Source: Alphaproteobacteria bacterium (GTDB lineage: Bacteria; Pseudomonadota; Alphaproteobacteria; Rickettsiales; SXRF01). Taken from it: a stretch of 64,000 bases of DNA. This document shows, piece by piece, positions 9,490 through 17,407 of the stretch (positions within the stretch are counted from its first letter, which is position 1; each line of letters begins with the position of its first letter). Where the stretch lies: positions 74,202 to 138,201 of the forward strand of contig JBKDKX010000016.1 in the NCBI GenBank assembly GCA_046344715.1, given 5' to 3'. The position numbers and the translations under genes are program-made. The notes under the pieces were generated by a model. That model was given only the letters and a program-made list of their open reading frames with translations, had not been told where the DNA came from and made no database searches.

Positions 9490-11196
9490 TTATTTGCCTA
9501 AAGCGTCGATGATAATATCCACGCGATCTGGCTCTCCGCCAGGATTTTTATCACCCTGTGCCTGCACATTAATTCGTAAGTTGGCTACACCCTGTTCAAT
9601 CAGGAATGCACGCACGGCCAGCGCGCGCGAGAGAGAGACACGGCGTGCGGTACTTGCCTGATCGTTGGTGTTAGATGCGTATGATACAAGGTTAACGCGA
9701 AGTTTCTCATCAGCATTAATTTTCTTAGCCAGTTCTTCCAGCTGTGGCTTAATGGTAAGCGGCACAGCAGTTTCGGTAGATTTGAAGGCAATACTCATAT
9801 CAGCTGCGCTTGTCTGCGTTGTAGCAGGTGCCGGTGTAGCTGGCTCTGCTGGCGTGCCATTAGCTGTTGGTGTATCAGGTGCGCTCAATTCTACAGGAGC
9901 TGGCGCATCTGGAGCGGGTGGCGCTGGCGGTGCAGGCATGGCTGGAGGCTCAGGCAGCTTCACTTCCTTTGTTGCAGGTGGCATTGGAGGCAATGTATCT
10001 GCTGGCTTGCTGTCTGCGTCGGTTGGTGGAGGCAGGTCAGGCAATGGTGGCAGGGATGGTTTTCCTTCTGGTTTTGCGTCTGCAGGTGGTGTCGGAATAG
10101 CTGGTATATCCTGCGGTAGTGCTGTGTCAGCTGGAGATGCCGGAGGCACAGTAGGTGCTATTGGCAAAGCAGGTAGTGTGGGGATGGCAGGCACATCATT
10201 TGCAGGAGTTGTCGGCGGAGTTTCAGCCTGAGCAGCTTGCTCCACCTGTTCAGGTGTTGTTGGAGGAGCTATCAGGGCTTTCTCTAGCGCACTTTCTGTT
10301 TCAGGTGCCACGGTTTTTTCTACTTCCGCTGTTGGCGGCGCAGGTGATGCTGTCGGAGCAGCAGGAGCCACAGGTGGTGGCACAGCGGGTTCCTCAGCGG
10401 CAGGAGGCATTGCAACTGCAGGGGCTTCTGGAGCAGGTGGTGGTGTTTCAACGGGTGCAGTCGGTGGTGGAGGTGCTTCTGCCACAGGTGGTTCAACTGG
10501 CACTGCAGGTGTCGCTACAGGTTCTGATGGTTTTGGTTCTTCAGCTGGTGCTTCAGGCTTTACAGTTTCCTGAAGGTGTTTCTCCTTCTTATTCTTTTTG
10601 CCTTTTTTCTCTACAGGCTTTGGTTCTTCAGTTGGTGCGACTGTTTCTTCGGCAGGCATTTCGATGGCTGCCGGTTGTTCTGTAACAGGAGCTATTTCTT
10701 GAGGAGGCGTTTCTACTGGAGCGCTCATGGCCTCTGGTGTTTTAGGCTCTTCTGCTTTCGGATCGGGTTTTTCAACTTTCTTCGCTGCTACTGGTTTTGC
10801 TGCTTTTGGGTTCTCTGGTGCAGGCTTTTTATTTTTTACAAACTTTGGTTCATTTTTATTGATGATTTGTCCTTTAGGGCCCTCGATCCATTGTAATGGC
10901 TGGCCAGTATACTGCATATCTGCACCGGCGGCCTGTGGTGTTGTAACGGGTGCCACGATAGCAGGTTGTGTTGCTTTCGGCTGTGGCGGCTTTTGCGCTG
11001 TTTTTTCCTCTTCTACAACCAGTTTCGGCGCACCTGGCTCACGGTATTTATCGAGGACATCGAGGTTAAGCTCAATGGTTGGCAATGTTGGATTTGAGCG
11101 ATTGTCAAATGCAAGCGAGGTCGTAGCTGCCAGAGTAGTTGAGAGGGAAACGCAAACGGCGGCAAGACGAATAAAAACAGGGACAGAACGGGTCAT
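9490..11196 (-). CDS. secreted proline/alanine/glutamate-rich protein with C-terminal OmpA-like peptidoglycan-binding domain
   Basis: Signal peptide, then about 400 aa of PAPE/KPE low-complexity sequence. C-terminus ...RVNLVSYASN...ARRVSLSRALAVRAFLIEQGV... resembles an OmpA_C-like domain. Confidence 0.7.
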   Translation of the reverse strand: MTRSVPVFIRLAAVCVSLSTTLAATTSLAFDNRSNPTLPTIELNLDVLDKYREPGAPKLVVEEEKTAQKPPQPKATQPAIVAPVTTPQAAGADMQYTGQPLQWIEGPKGQIINKNEPKFVKNKKPAPENPKAAKPVAAKKVEKPDPKAEEPKTPEAMSAPVETPPQEIAPVTEQPAAIEMPAEETVAPTEEPKPVEKKGKKNKKEKHLQETVKPEAPAEEPKPSEPVATPAVPVEPPVAEAPPPPTAPVETPPPAPEAPAVAMPPAAEEPAVPPPVAPAAPTASPAPPTAEVEKTVAPETESALEKALIAPPTTPEQVEQAAQAETPPTTPANDVPAIPTLPALPIAPTVPPASPADTALPQDIPAIPTPPADAKPEGKPSLPPLPDLPPPTDADSKPADTLPPMPPATKEVKLPEPPAMPAPPAPPAPDAPAPVELSAPDTPTANGTPAEPATPAPATTQTSAADMSIAFKSTETAVPLTIKPQLEELAKKINADEKLRVNLVSYASNTNDQASTARRVSLSRALAVRAFLIEQGVANLRINVQAQGDKNPGGEPDRVDIIIDALGK

Positions 11197-11286
11197 AAAA
11201 GCCTTTTCGCTGATGGGTGCACAAGTCAGTCCCCATGATTAAGCAAAACTAGCCCTACAGGCAACTGAAATTTCTGTAATATTTTA

Positions 11287-12093
11287 TCAGGCGGCTTTGG
11301 CTACCAGCGATTCAACGGATCGCACCAGATTGCCATTGCAAGCCACCAGCGTGCGTGAATAGCAATTCGCAGGAGCGCCGGAGAGATCCATCACCTTGCC
11401 GCCTGCTTCTTGTACCATTAACAACCCTGCTGCAATATCCCATGCTTCGATGGAGGTGTAAAATCCACCATCCAGCCTGCCTGCCGCAATATAAGCAAGG
11501 TCAAGGGCAGTAGCCCCAAGACGACGGATGGTCTGCTCGCCGGTTGCAAGGTTTTTGTAAGTTTTTTGTTCAGTTGGGGTGAGTTTTTTAAGTGTTTTGG
11601 TGCCGGAACTGGCAAACATGGCATCTGCCATTTTATCGCGGCCAGACACAACAAGGCGGCGGTTGCCAAGAAATGCGCCTTTGTGCTGTTCGGCGGTGAA
11701 CATTTCATTGTGAATGGGGTCGTAAATAATGCCGGCTATGATATTGGTGTTGCCATTTTTTTCGCGTTTTTCTACAGCAATCGAAATGCAAAAATAGGGT
11801 ACGGCGTGAATGAAGTTGCTGGTACCATCGAGAGGATCAATGATGAAGCGGTGTACGCCATCTTTGCCTGCAATCTCGCCGCTTTCTTCCATAAGAAAGC
11901 CAAAATCAGGGCGGGCGATGGAGAGTTCTTTGTGAAGCAATTTTTCTGTGCGTATATCTGCTTTTGTCACAAAGGAATTTGCACCTTTGCGCGAGACCTG
12001 AAGATTATCCACTTCACCAAAATCGCGAAGTAGGCCTTTAGATGCCTTAATGGCAGCCGCTGTCATTACGTTAATAAGAGGCGATTGATTCAC
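11287..12093 (-). CDS. suhB: inositol monophosphatase family protein
   Basis: IMPase motifs FIIDPLDGTSNF and WDIAAG. Confidence 0.9.
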   Translation of the reverse strand: MNQSPLINVMTAAAIKASKGLLRDFGEVDNLQVSRKGANSFVTKADIRTEKLLHKELSIARPDFGFLMEESGEIAGKDGVHRFIIDPLDGTSNFIHAVPYFCISIAVEKREKNGNTNIIAGIIYDPIHNEMFTAEQHKGAFLGNRRLVVSGRDKMADAMFASSGTKTLKKLTPTEQKTYKNLATGEQTIRRLGATALDLAYIAAGRLDGGFYTSIEAWDIAAGLLMVQEAGGKVMDLSGAPANCYSRTLVACNGNLVRSVESLVAKAA

Positions 12094-12663
12094 TTATGAT
12101 GCCTTTGCGCGTTCAACGTAGCTGTTGCTGGTGGTATCCACCACGATGCTTTCACCTGCTTCGATGAATGGTGGCACAAGCACACGCACGCCATTTTCCA
12201 GCACGGCTGGCTTGTAAGAAGAAGAGGCGGTCTGGCCTTTTACCACCGGATCAGCTTCCACAATTTTCAGCGTAACTTTGCCGGGCAGTGCCACAGAAAG
12301 TGGCTTGCCTTCATAGGTTTCCACCATCACTGTCATGCCATCCTGAAGATAAGGGAATGCATCGCCAATCATCTCTTTGTTCATGACAAATTGCTCGTAG
12401 CTTTCATTATCCATGAAGGTCAGGTTGTCGCCATCAGCGAACAGGAAGTTGCATGAGCGTGAATCAAGTGACACGCGTTCCACTTTTTCGTCAGAAGCAA
12501 GGCGGATATTATTTTTTGTACCGGTTTTTAAGTCTTTGAACTCTACCTGATTGAAGGAGCGCAGGTTGCCTGGTGTGCGGATTTCATGCTTTACCACCAG
12601 ATAAAGTTTTCCCTGATATTCCACCACCATACCCATTCTTACTGCCGAACCGTCGATACGCAT
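12094..12663 (-). CDS. efp: translation elongation factor P
   Basis: 189 aa with EF-P domain pattern (KPAVLENGVRVLVPPFIEAGESIVVDT). Confidence 0.92.
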   Translation of the reverse strand: MRIDGSAVRMGMVVEYQGKLYLVVKHEIRTPGNLRSFNQVEFKDLKTGTKNNIRLASDEKVERVSLDSRSCNFLFADGDNLTFMDNESYEQFVMNKEMIGDAFPYLQDGMTVMVETYEGKPLSVALPGKVTLKIVEADPVVKGQTASSSYKPAVLENGVRVLVPPFIEAGESIVVDTTSNSYVERAKAS

Positions 12664-12665
12664 AA

Positions 12666-13340
12666 TTATTCTCTTTTTTCCAAGGCCTTCTTTATGGCCT
12701 GATTAAATTCGTTTACTGCCTCTTTTGAGCCTTTGGGATGATTCCACACGGCGGTAATGGCCGCGATGAAATCCGCACCGGCTGCCACCAGAGGCGCACA
12801 ATTGGCGGCGTTGATACCACCAATTGCCACACACGGCAAGAGCATAAATGCCTGCCACCACTCTAAAATATCGGGGCTTGGCACACCCCATTTCTCAATT
12901 TTTTCCGCAGGCTTGGAGGTGGTGGGGTAAAACGCCCCAAAAGCCACATAATCTGCTCCGGCTTCACCGGCTTCAATGGCAATATGGCGGGAAGCATGGG
13001 CAGTTGCGCCAATGACTACGTCACTTCCCACGATAGCACGTGCATCGGCAATGGACATATCATCAACCCCCAGATGTACGCCATCTGCGCCCAGCTTGGC
13101 GGCTAAATCCGCCCGGTCATTCAGGATAAACGCCACGCCGCGCTCGCGGCAAATGGGCATAAGTTCTTTTGCTGCCTTGATAATATCAGCATCACCCGCT
13201 TCTTTCAGGCGCAGCTGGAACGCGCCGACATCCCCGCCAGCAAACGCCTCTTCAAGCTGTTTCCGGAATTCAGAAACATCAAGGGAAGGTGGGGAAACGA
13301 GGTATAAGCGGCAGGTGTGAGTCATATCTTTCCTTGTCAT
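12666..13340 (-). CDS. thiE: thiamine phosphate synthase
   Basis: TMP-TENI family pattern (LYLVSP..., GADGVHLG, AIGGI). Confidence 0.85.
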   Translation of the reverse strand: MTRKDMTHTCRLYLVSPPSLDVSEFRKQLEEAFAGGDVGAFQLRLKEAGDADIIKAAKELMPICRERGVAFILNDRADLAAKLGADGVHLGVDDMSIADARAIVGSDVVIGATAHASRHIAIEAGEAGADYVAFGAFYPTTSKPAEKIEKWGVPSPDILEWWQAFMLLPCVAIGGINAANCAPLVAAGADFIAAITAVWNHPKGSKEAVNEFNQAIKKALEKRE

Positions 13341-13420
13341 CCCCGACTTGTTCGGGGATCTAGAGCTAAATCCTGCTGCCTTGCAATGATTCCCTAGATC
13401 CCCGCATTTGCGGGAATAAC
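13336..13420. repeat. inverted pair of small hairpin repeats (MITE/REP-like) between thiE and fbaB
   Basis: Left arm gtcatccccgacttgttcggggatctag (13336-13363). Right arm ctagatccccgcatttgcgggaataac (13394-13420). Each arm is itself a hairpin. The element shares the gtcatcc...gatc termini style with the one at 8672. Confidence 0.65.
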
Positions 13421-13425
13421 GAGAT

Positions 13426-14385
13426 CTATTTATTATCCTTATACACCCCGATCATGCTCTCAAGCAGCTTGAGCGCTTCATCGCGGGGGCGTTGGAAGGT
13501 GTTGCGGCCAATGATAGAGCCGTTGCTGCCGCCATCGCGGATGGCACGGGCTTCGTTCAAAATATCTTCTTCGCCTTTGGCAGCGCCGCCGGAGAACACC
13601 ACGATGCGTTTTCCATTAAAGCAGCATTGCTTGATATGGGCAAAACGTGCAGCTGCAGTAGACACATCAATTTTTTCTGCTTCGTATACTTTCTTTGCTT
13701 CTGCCTGCTCAATGTGTGCGGTTGGTGGTTTTACCTTGATGATGTGCGCGCCAAGGAGAGCTGCCATGTGGGCGGCATAGGCAGTGATGTCGATCGCGGT
13801 TTCACCATCTTTAGAAATATCTTCACCACGTGGGTAAGACCAGATAACAACCGCAAGGCCGCAATCTTTCGCTTCACGCGCCATGAAAGCAATTTCTTCC
13901 ATCATCTCAAAACATTCAGCTGAACCGGGATAGATGGTAAAGCCAATGGCTGCACAACCTAAGCGTAGCGCATCTTCAACGGAAGATGTGATGGCTTGGT
14001 TCGGCGCGCCTTTTTTAGGGGCGAGTGAGTTCGAGCTGTTTACTTTCAGGATGGTCGGAATTTTTCCGGCAAAGGTTTCCGAGCCGGCTTCCAAAAAGCC
14101 AAGCGGTGCCGCGTATGCAGAAAGGCCTGCATCCACTGCCAGCTGGTAATGATAATGCGGGTCATACGCCGCAGGGTTTTTAGCAAAGCTGCGGGCAGGG
14201 CCGTGCTCGAATCCTTGATCCACCGGCAGGATAACCAGTTTGCCGGTGCCGCCGAGTTTGCCGTGCATCAATATACGCGCAAGATTTTCCTTGGTTTCAG
14301 GTGAATCACCTTCATAGCAGCTAAGAATCTTTTTTACTTCGGGTGTGAGTGAGTTGATTGCCTGAATTTTTGCGGTCATTGTCAT
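13426..14385 (-). CDS. fbaB: class I fructose-bisphosphate aldolase, DhnA/FbaB type
   Basis: LVILPVDQGFEHGP, HIIKVKPP and GSIIGRNTFQRP motifs as in E. coli FbaB. Confidence 0.85.
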   Translation of the reverse strand: MTMTAKIQAINSLTPEVKKILSCYEGDSPETKENLARILMHGKLGGTGKLVILPVDQGFEHGPARSFAKNPAAYDPHYHYQLAVDAGLSAYAAPLGFLEAGSETFAGKIPTILKVNSSNSLAPKKGAPNQAITSSVEDALRLGCAAIGFTIYPGSAECFEMMEEIAFMAREAKDCGLAVVIWSYPRGEDISKDGETAIDITAYAAHMAALLGAHIIKVKPPTAHIEQAEAKKVYEAEKIDVSTAAARFAHIKQCCFNGKRIVVFSGGAAKGEEDILNEARAIRDGGSNGSIIGRNTFQRPRDEALKLLESMIGVYKDNK

Positions 14386-14441
14386 AACTTTCCTTTACGT
14401 CATTATCTATGGTTTCGTTGTATCTCTGCGCGCCTGCTTTT

Positions 14442-15674
14442 TCAAGCTTGACGTGTGCGTTTGGCTTTGGAAGATGTTTTTGCAAGTGCGGCAACGCCGG
14501 GCAATGTCTTGCCTTCCATCCATTCAAGAAATGCGCCGCCTGCGGTTGAAATATAGCTGAAATTTTGTGTCATTCCGGCATGTGCGAGGGCTGCCACCGT
14601 ATCCCCGCCGCCAGCGATAGAACGCAGTTGTTTGCGAGCGGTATATTTGGCAATGGTGCGGGCAAGGCCGATGGTGCTGGCATCAAACGGGCTTACTTCG
14701 AATGCACCAATAGGTCCATTCCATATCACCGTTTTACAATCAGCCAGTGCTTCGGCGAAAAGCTGTACCGAGCCGGGGCCGACATCGGTTGCCATGCCAT
14801 CATCAGGAATGGCATCCACATCCATAACACGGCAGTTGGCCTGTGTTTTGAATTCAGACACCACCACTAAATCATTGGGCAGCACAATCTCGCAGCCGTT
14901 CTTTTTGGCTGCCTTTAATATGCGCTGCGCAGTTGCTTTCATGTTTTTCTCGCAGATGGATTTACCTACCGAGTAGCCTTGCGCATATAAAAACGTATTT
15001 GCCATGGCGCCACCGATGAGTATTTTATCCATCGTTTTGCTTAAATTTCCGAGTAGTTCCAGCTTGGTAGAAATTTTGGAGCCACCGATGACGGCGGCGA
15101 TCGGTTTTTTTGCGGTGGTGAATATACCGCTTAATACAGAAAGCTCTTCTTCCATAAGTCTGCCTGCAACAGAAGGTAGATATTTGGGAATACCAGAGAC
15201 AGAGGCATGAGCGCGATGTGAGGCAGAGAATGCATCATTCACATAAATATCAGCAAGGCTTGCCAGTTCCTGCGCGAATCGCGCATCGCCTTTTTCTTCT
15301 TCAGCATGGAAGCGGAGATTTTCCAGCAATAATATTTCGCCGTTCTTTAGTTTTTTTACGGCTTCTTCAGCAGCAACGCCAACGCAATCTACACCGAATT
15401 TCACTTCTTTGCCGCCGAGTGCCTGCGAGAGCGGATCAACCAGCGGCGCAAGCGACATCGAGGGAACAAACTTCCCGCCCGGCCTGTCAAAATGCGAAAG
15501 CACCACCACCCGGGCTTTTTTCTTCAGGAGGTAGGAGAGCGTTGGTACTAGTCGCACGATGCGTGTGTTATCGGTTACCTTGCCGCCACTCATAGGCACG
15601 TTCAGGTCGCAGCGCACCAGCACGGTTTTTCCTGTATAGTCGAAGTCTTCAAGTGTATTAAATTGCAGTGTCAT
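14442..15674 (-). CDS. pgk: phosphoglycerate kinase
   Basis: VLVRCDLNVP N-terminal motif, conserved C-terminal GGGDT, short basic C-terminal tail. 4-nt overlap with gap. Confidence 0.95.
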   Translation of the reverse strand: MTLQFNTLEDFDYTGKTVLVRCDLNVPMSGGKVTDNTRIVRLVPTLSYLLKKKARVVVLSHFDRPGGKFVPSMSLAPLVDPLSQALGGKEVKFGVDCVGVAAEEAVKKLKNGEILLLENLRFHAEEEKGDARFAQELASLADIYVNDAFSASHRAHASVSGIPKYLPSVAGRLMEEELSVLSGIFTTAKKPIAAVIGGSKISTKLELLGNLSKTMDKILIGGAMANTFLYAQGYSVGKSICEKNMKATAQRILKAAKKNGCEIVLPNDLVVVSEFKTQANCRVMDVDAIPDDGMATDVGPGSVQLFAEALADCKTVIWNGPIGAFEVSPFDASTIGLARTIAKYTARKQLRSIAGGGDTVAALAHAGMTQNFSYISTAGGAFLEWMEGKTLPGVAALAKTSSKAKRTRQA

Positions 15675-16678
15675 TTAGTGTTCATCCACAATTTTGCTAC
15701 ATCCAGCATACGGCAGGAGAAAGCCCATTCATTATCATACCAGCTTGCGACACGGGCGATTTTACCGGTCACATACGTGCCAGTGATATCGACGATACTG
15801 CTATACGGGGTATGGGTATAATCAATCGACACCAGCGGGCGGCGAGAGATATGCAGAATATCTTTCAGGGATTCAGTTCCTGCGGCTTTATTCAGCGCAT
15901 CATTGATGGCGTCTTTGTTGGCTTCTTTTACGGTAGTGAAACTTAAATCCACCAGCGAAACATTAGGCACGGGCACGCGGATGGCAATGCCATCGAGCTT
16001 GCCTTTGAGTTCAGGTATAATCAGGCCAATAGTTTTTGCTGCACCCGTGCTGGTTGGAATCATCGACATGGCGGCGGAGCGGGCGCGTCGCAAATCTTTG
16101 TGGCTGTTATCTACTAAATTCTGATCACCCGTATAGGCGTGAATAGTGGTCATGAAGCCAGAATCAATGCCAAAGGCCTCATGTAATACTTTAGCAACGG
16201 GCGCCAACGCATTGGTGGTGCAGGAGCCAACGGAGACCACCTGATGGGTGTTTTTGAGCGCATCGTTATTCACGCCATACACAATGGTAGAATCTGCATT
16301 TTCGGCGGGTGCAGATACAAGCACACGTTTTGCACCGCCTGCTAAATGCTTCGCCCCTTCATCGCGCTTATTGAACTTGCCGGAACATTCCAGCACCACA
16401 TCCACACCCATATCTGCCCATTTGATTTGTGCTGGGTCTTTCTGGTGGGATAGCGCTACTTTCTTGCCAGCGATCATCAGCGCATCACCAGCTATCTCGG
16501 ATTTTGTGGCAAAGCGACCATGCACGGAATCATATTTCAGTAGATGCAAAATAGTATCGGCGGGGGCAGGGCTGTTGAGGGCTACCAGCTCGATTCCTTT
16601 ATCAGGATTCTCATAAATTGCGCGGGCGACGCAGCGGCCAATACGACCAAACCCATTTATACCAACTTTTATTGTCAT
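15671..16678 (-). CDS. gap: type I glyceraldehyde-3-phosphate dehydrogenase
   Basis: INGFGRIGR NAD-binding motif and active site SCTTNALAP. Confidence 0.95.
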   Translation of the reverse strand: MTIKVGINGFGRIGRCVARAIYENPDKGIELVALNSPAPADTILHLLKYDSVHGRFATKSEIAGDALMIAGKKVALSHQKDPAQIKWADMGVDVVLECSGKFNKRDEGAKHLAGGAKRVLVSAPAENADSTIVYGVNNDALKNTHQVVSVGSCTTNALAPVAKVLHEAFGIDSGFMTTIHAYTGDQNLVDNSHKDLRRARSAAMSMIPTSTGAAKTIGLIIPELKGKLDGIAIRVPVPNVSLVDLSFTTVKEANKDAINDALNKAAGTESLKDILHISRRPLVSIDYTHTPYSSIVDITGTYVTGKIARVASWYDNEWAFSCRMLDVAKLWMNTK

Positions 16679-16681
16679 GTG

Positions 16682-16960
16682 TTACCTTGTCAGTCCGAAA
16701 ATTCCGATAGTTATCATTATCACGCCGAAGATCGATGTCATGATTCTGATGGTGTTAAGTCCATTGAGTTTTTGCTGCAATTTCTGCTTTTGATCTGGGT
16801 CTGCCGTTGTAAATAGTGCTTCCTGCGCTTTCTTGAATTCTTTTGCTAGCGGCAAAAACGGAACACGCGTTATCATGATATCAAACACACCAAGCACAAG
16901 CAGAATCATGGATAGAATCTGTCCGGTGTCTGATACAAAAAATTCTGTAATTGTTTCCAT
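16682..16960 (-). CDS. small hypothetical 2-TM membrane protein (92 aa)
   Basis: ORF with two hydrophobic helices. Tightly packed between gap and the next ORF. No recognisable family. Confidence 0.5.
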   Translation of the reverse strand: METITEFFVSDTGQILSMILLVLGVFDIMITRVPFLPLAKEFKKAQEALFTTADPDQKQKLQQKLNGLNTIRIMTSIFGVIMITIGIFGLTR

Positions 16961-17009
16961 TTTATTTGCCTAAAAGTTAACGTCAGAGTGTATAGTCATT
17001 TTTTTTAAG

Positions 17010-17402
17010 TTATCCTATGCCTGCGCTGCTGACGGCAGGCTCTGCTTTTGGAAGAGAGATGCTTTTAGCCACGCAGACTGCATTTAAGCATTGTGAATAC
17101 ATCTCTCTGGAAGATGCGCTAATTTTATCTGTGTAATTCTTGCCTTGGTTATAGCTTCCAATAGCAATCTCTACTTCCTTGTGTATCTCATCCTGTAGGC
17201 GACGAATTTTTATACCATCGTGAGAAAAGCCGAACAATTGTCCTGCCTCGTTTGCTGTTTTGCCGATTACATGTTCATTTCTTTTCCAAAGATTTGCAAT
17301 TTCTACGAATTTATTGGTGACAGACGCTGGCAATGTTATTTCTTTGCTATCCTCAGAAACGACTAATTCATTGTTTTCCTTAACGTGCGCTTTGATACTC
17401 AT
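17010..17402 (-). CDS. hypothetical protein (130 aa)
   Basis: ORF 5 nt downstream of the tkt stop. No recognisable motif. Confidence 0.5.
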   Translation of the reverse strand: MSIKAHVKENNELVVSEDSKEITLPASVTNKFVEIANLWKRNEHVIGKTANEAGQLFGFSHDGIKIRRLQDEIHKEVEIAIGSYNQGKNYTDKISASSREMYSQCLNAVCVAKSISLPKAEPAVSSAGIG

Positions 17403-17407
17403 ATGCT

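Noticed and set aside
9665-11242. Plus-strand ORFs of 77-188 aa antisense to the proline-rich OmpA-like gene
   Set aside because: They are a compositional artefact: GGN/GCN-rich antisense of CCN/GCN codons. The translations are G/A/S strings.
13341-13425. TPP riboswitch upstream of thiE
   Set aside because: The gap is only 85 nt, is fully occupied by the palindromic repeat pair, and lacks the conserved CUGAGA and ACCUGAUCUGGAUAAUGCCAGCG-type elements.
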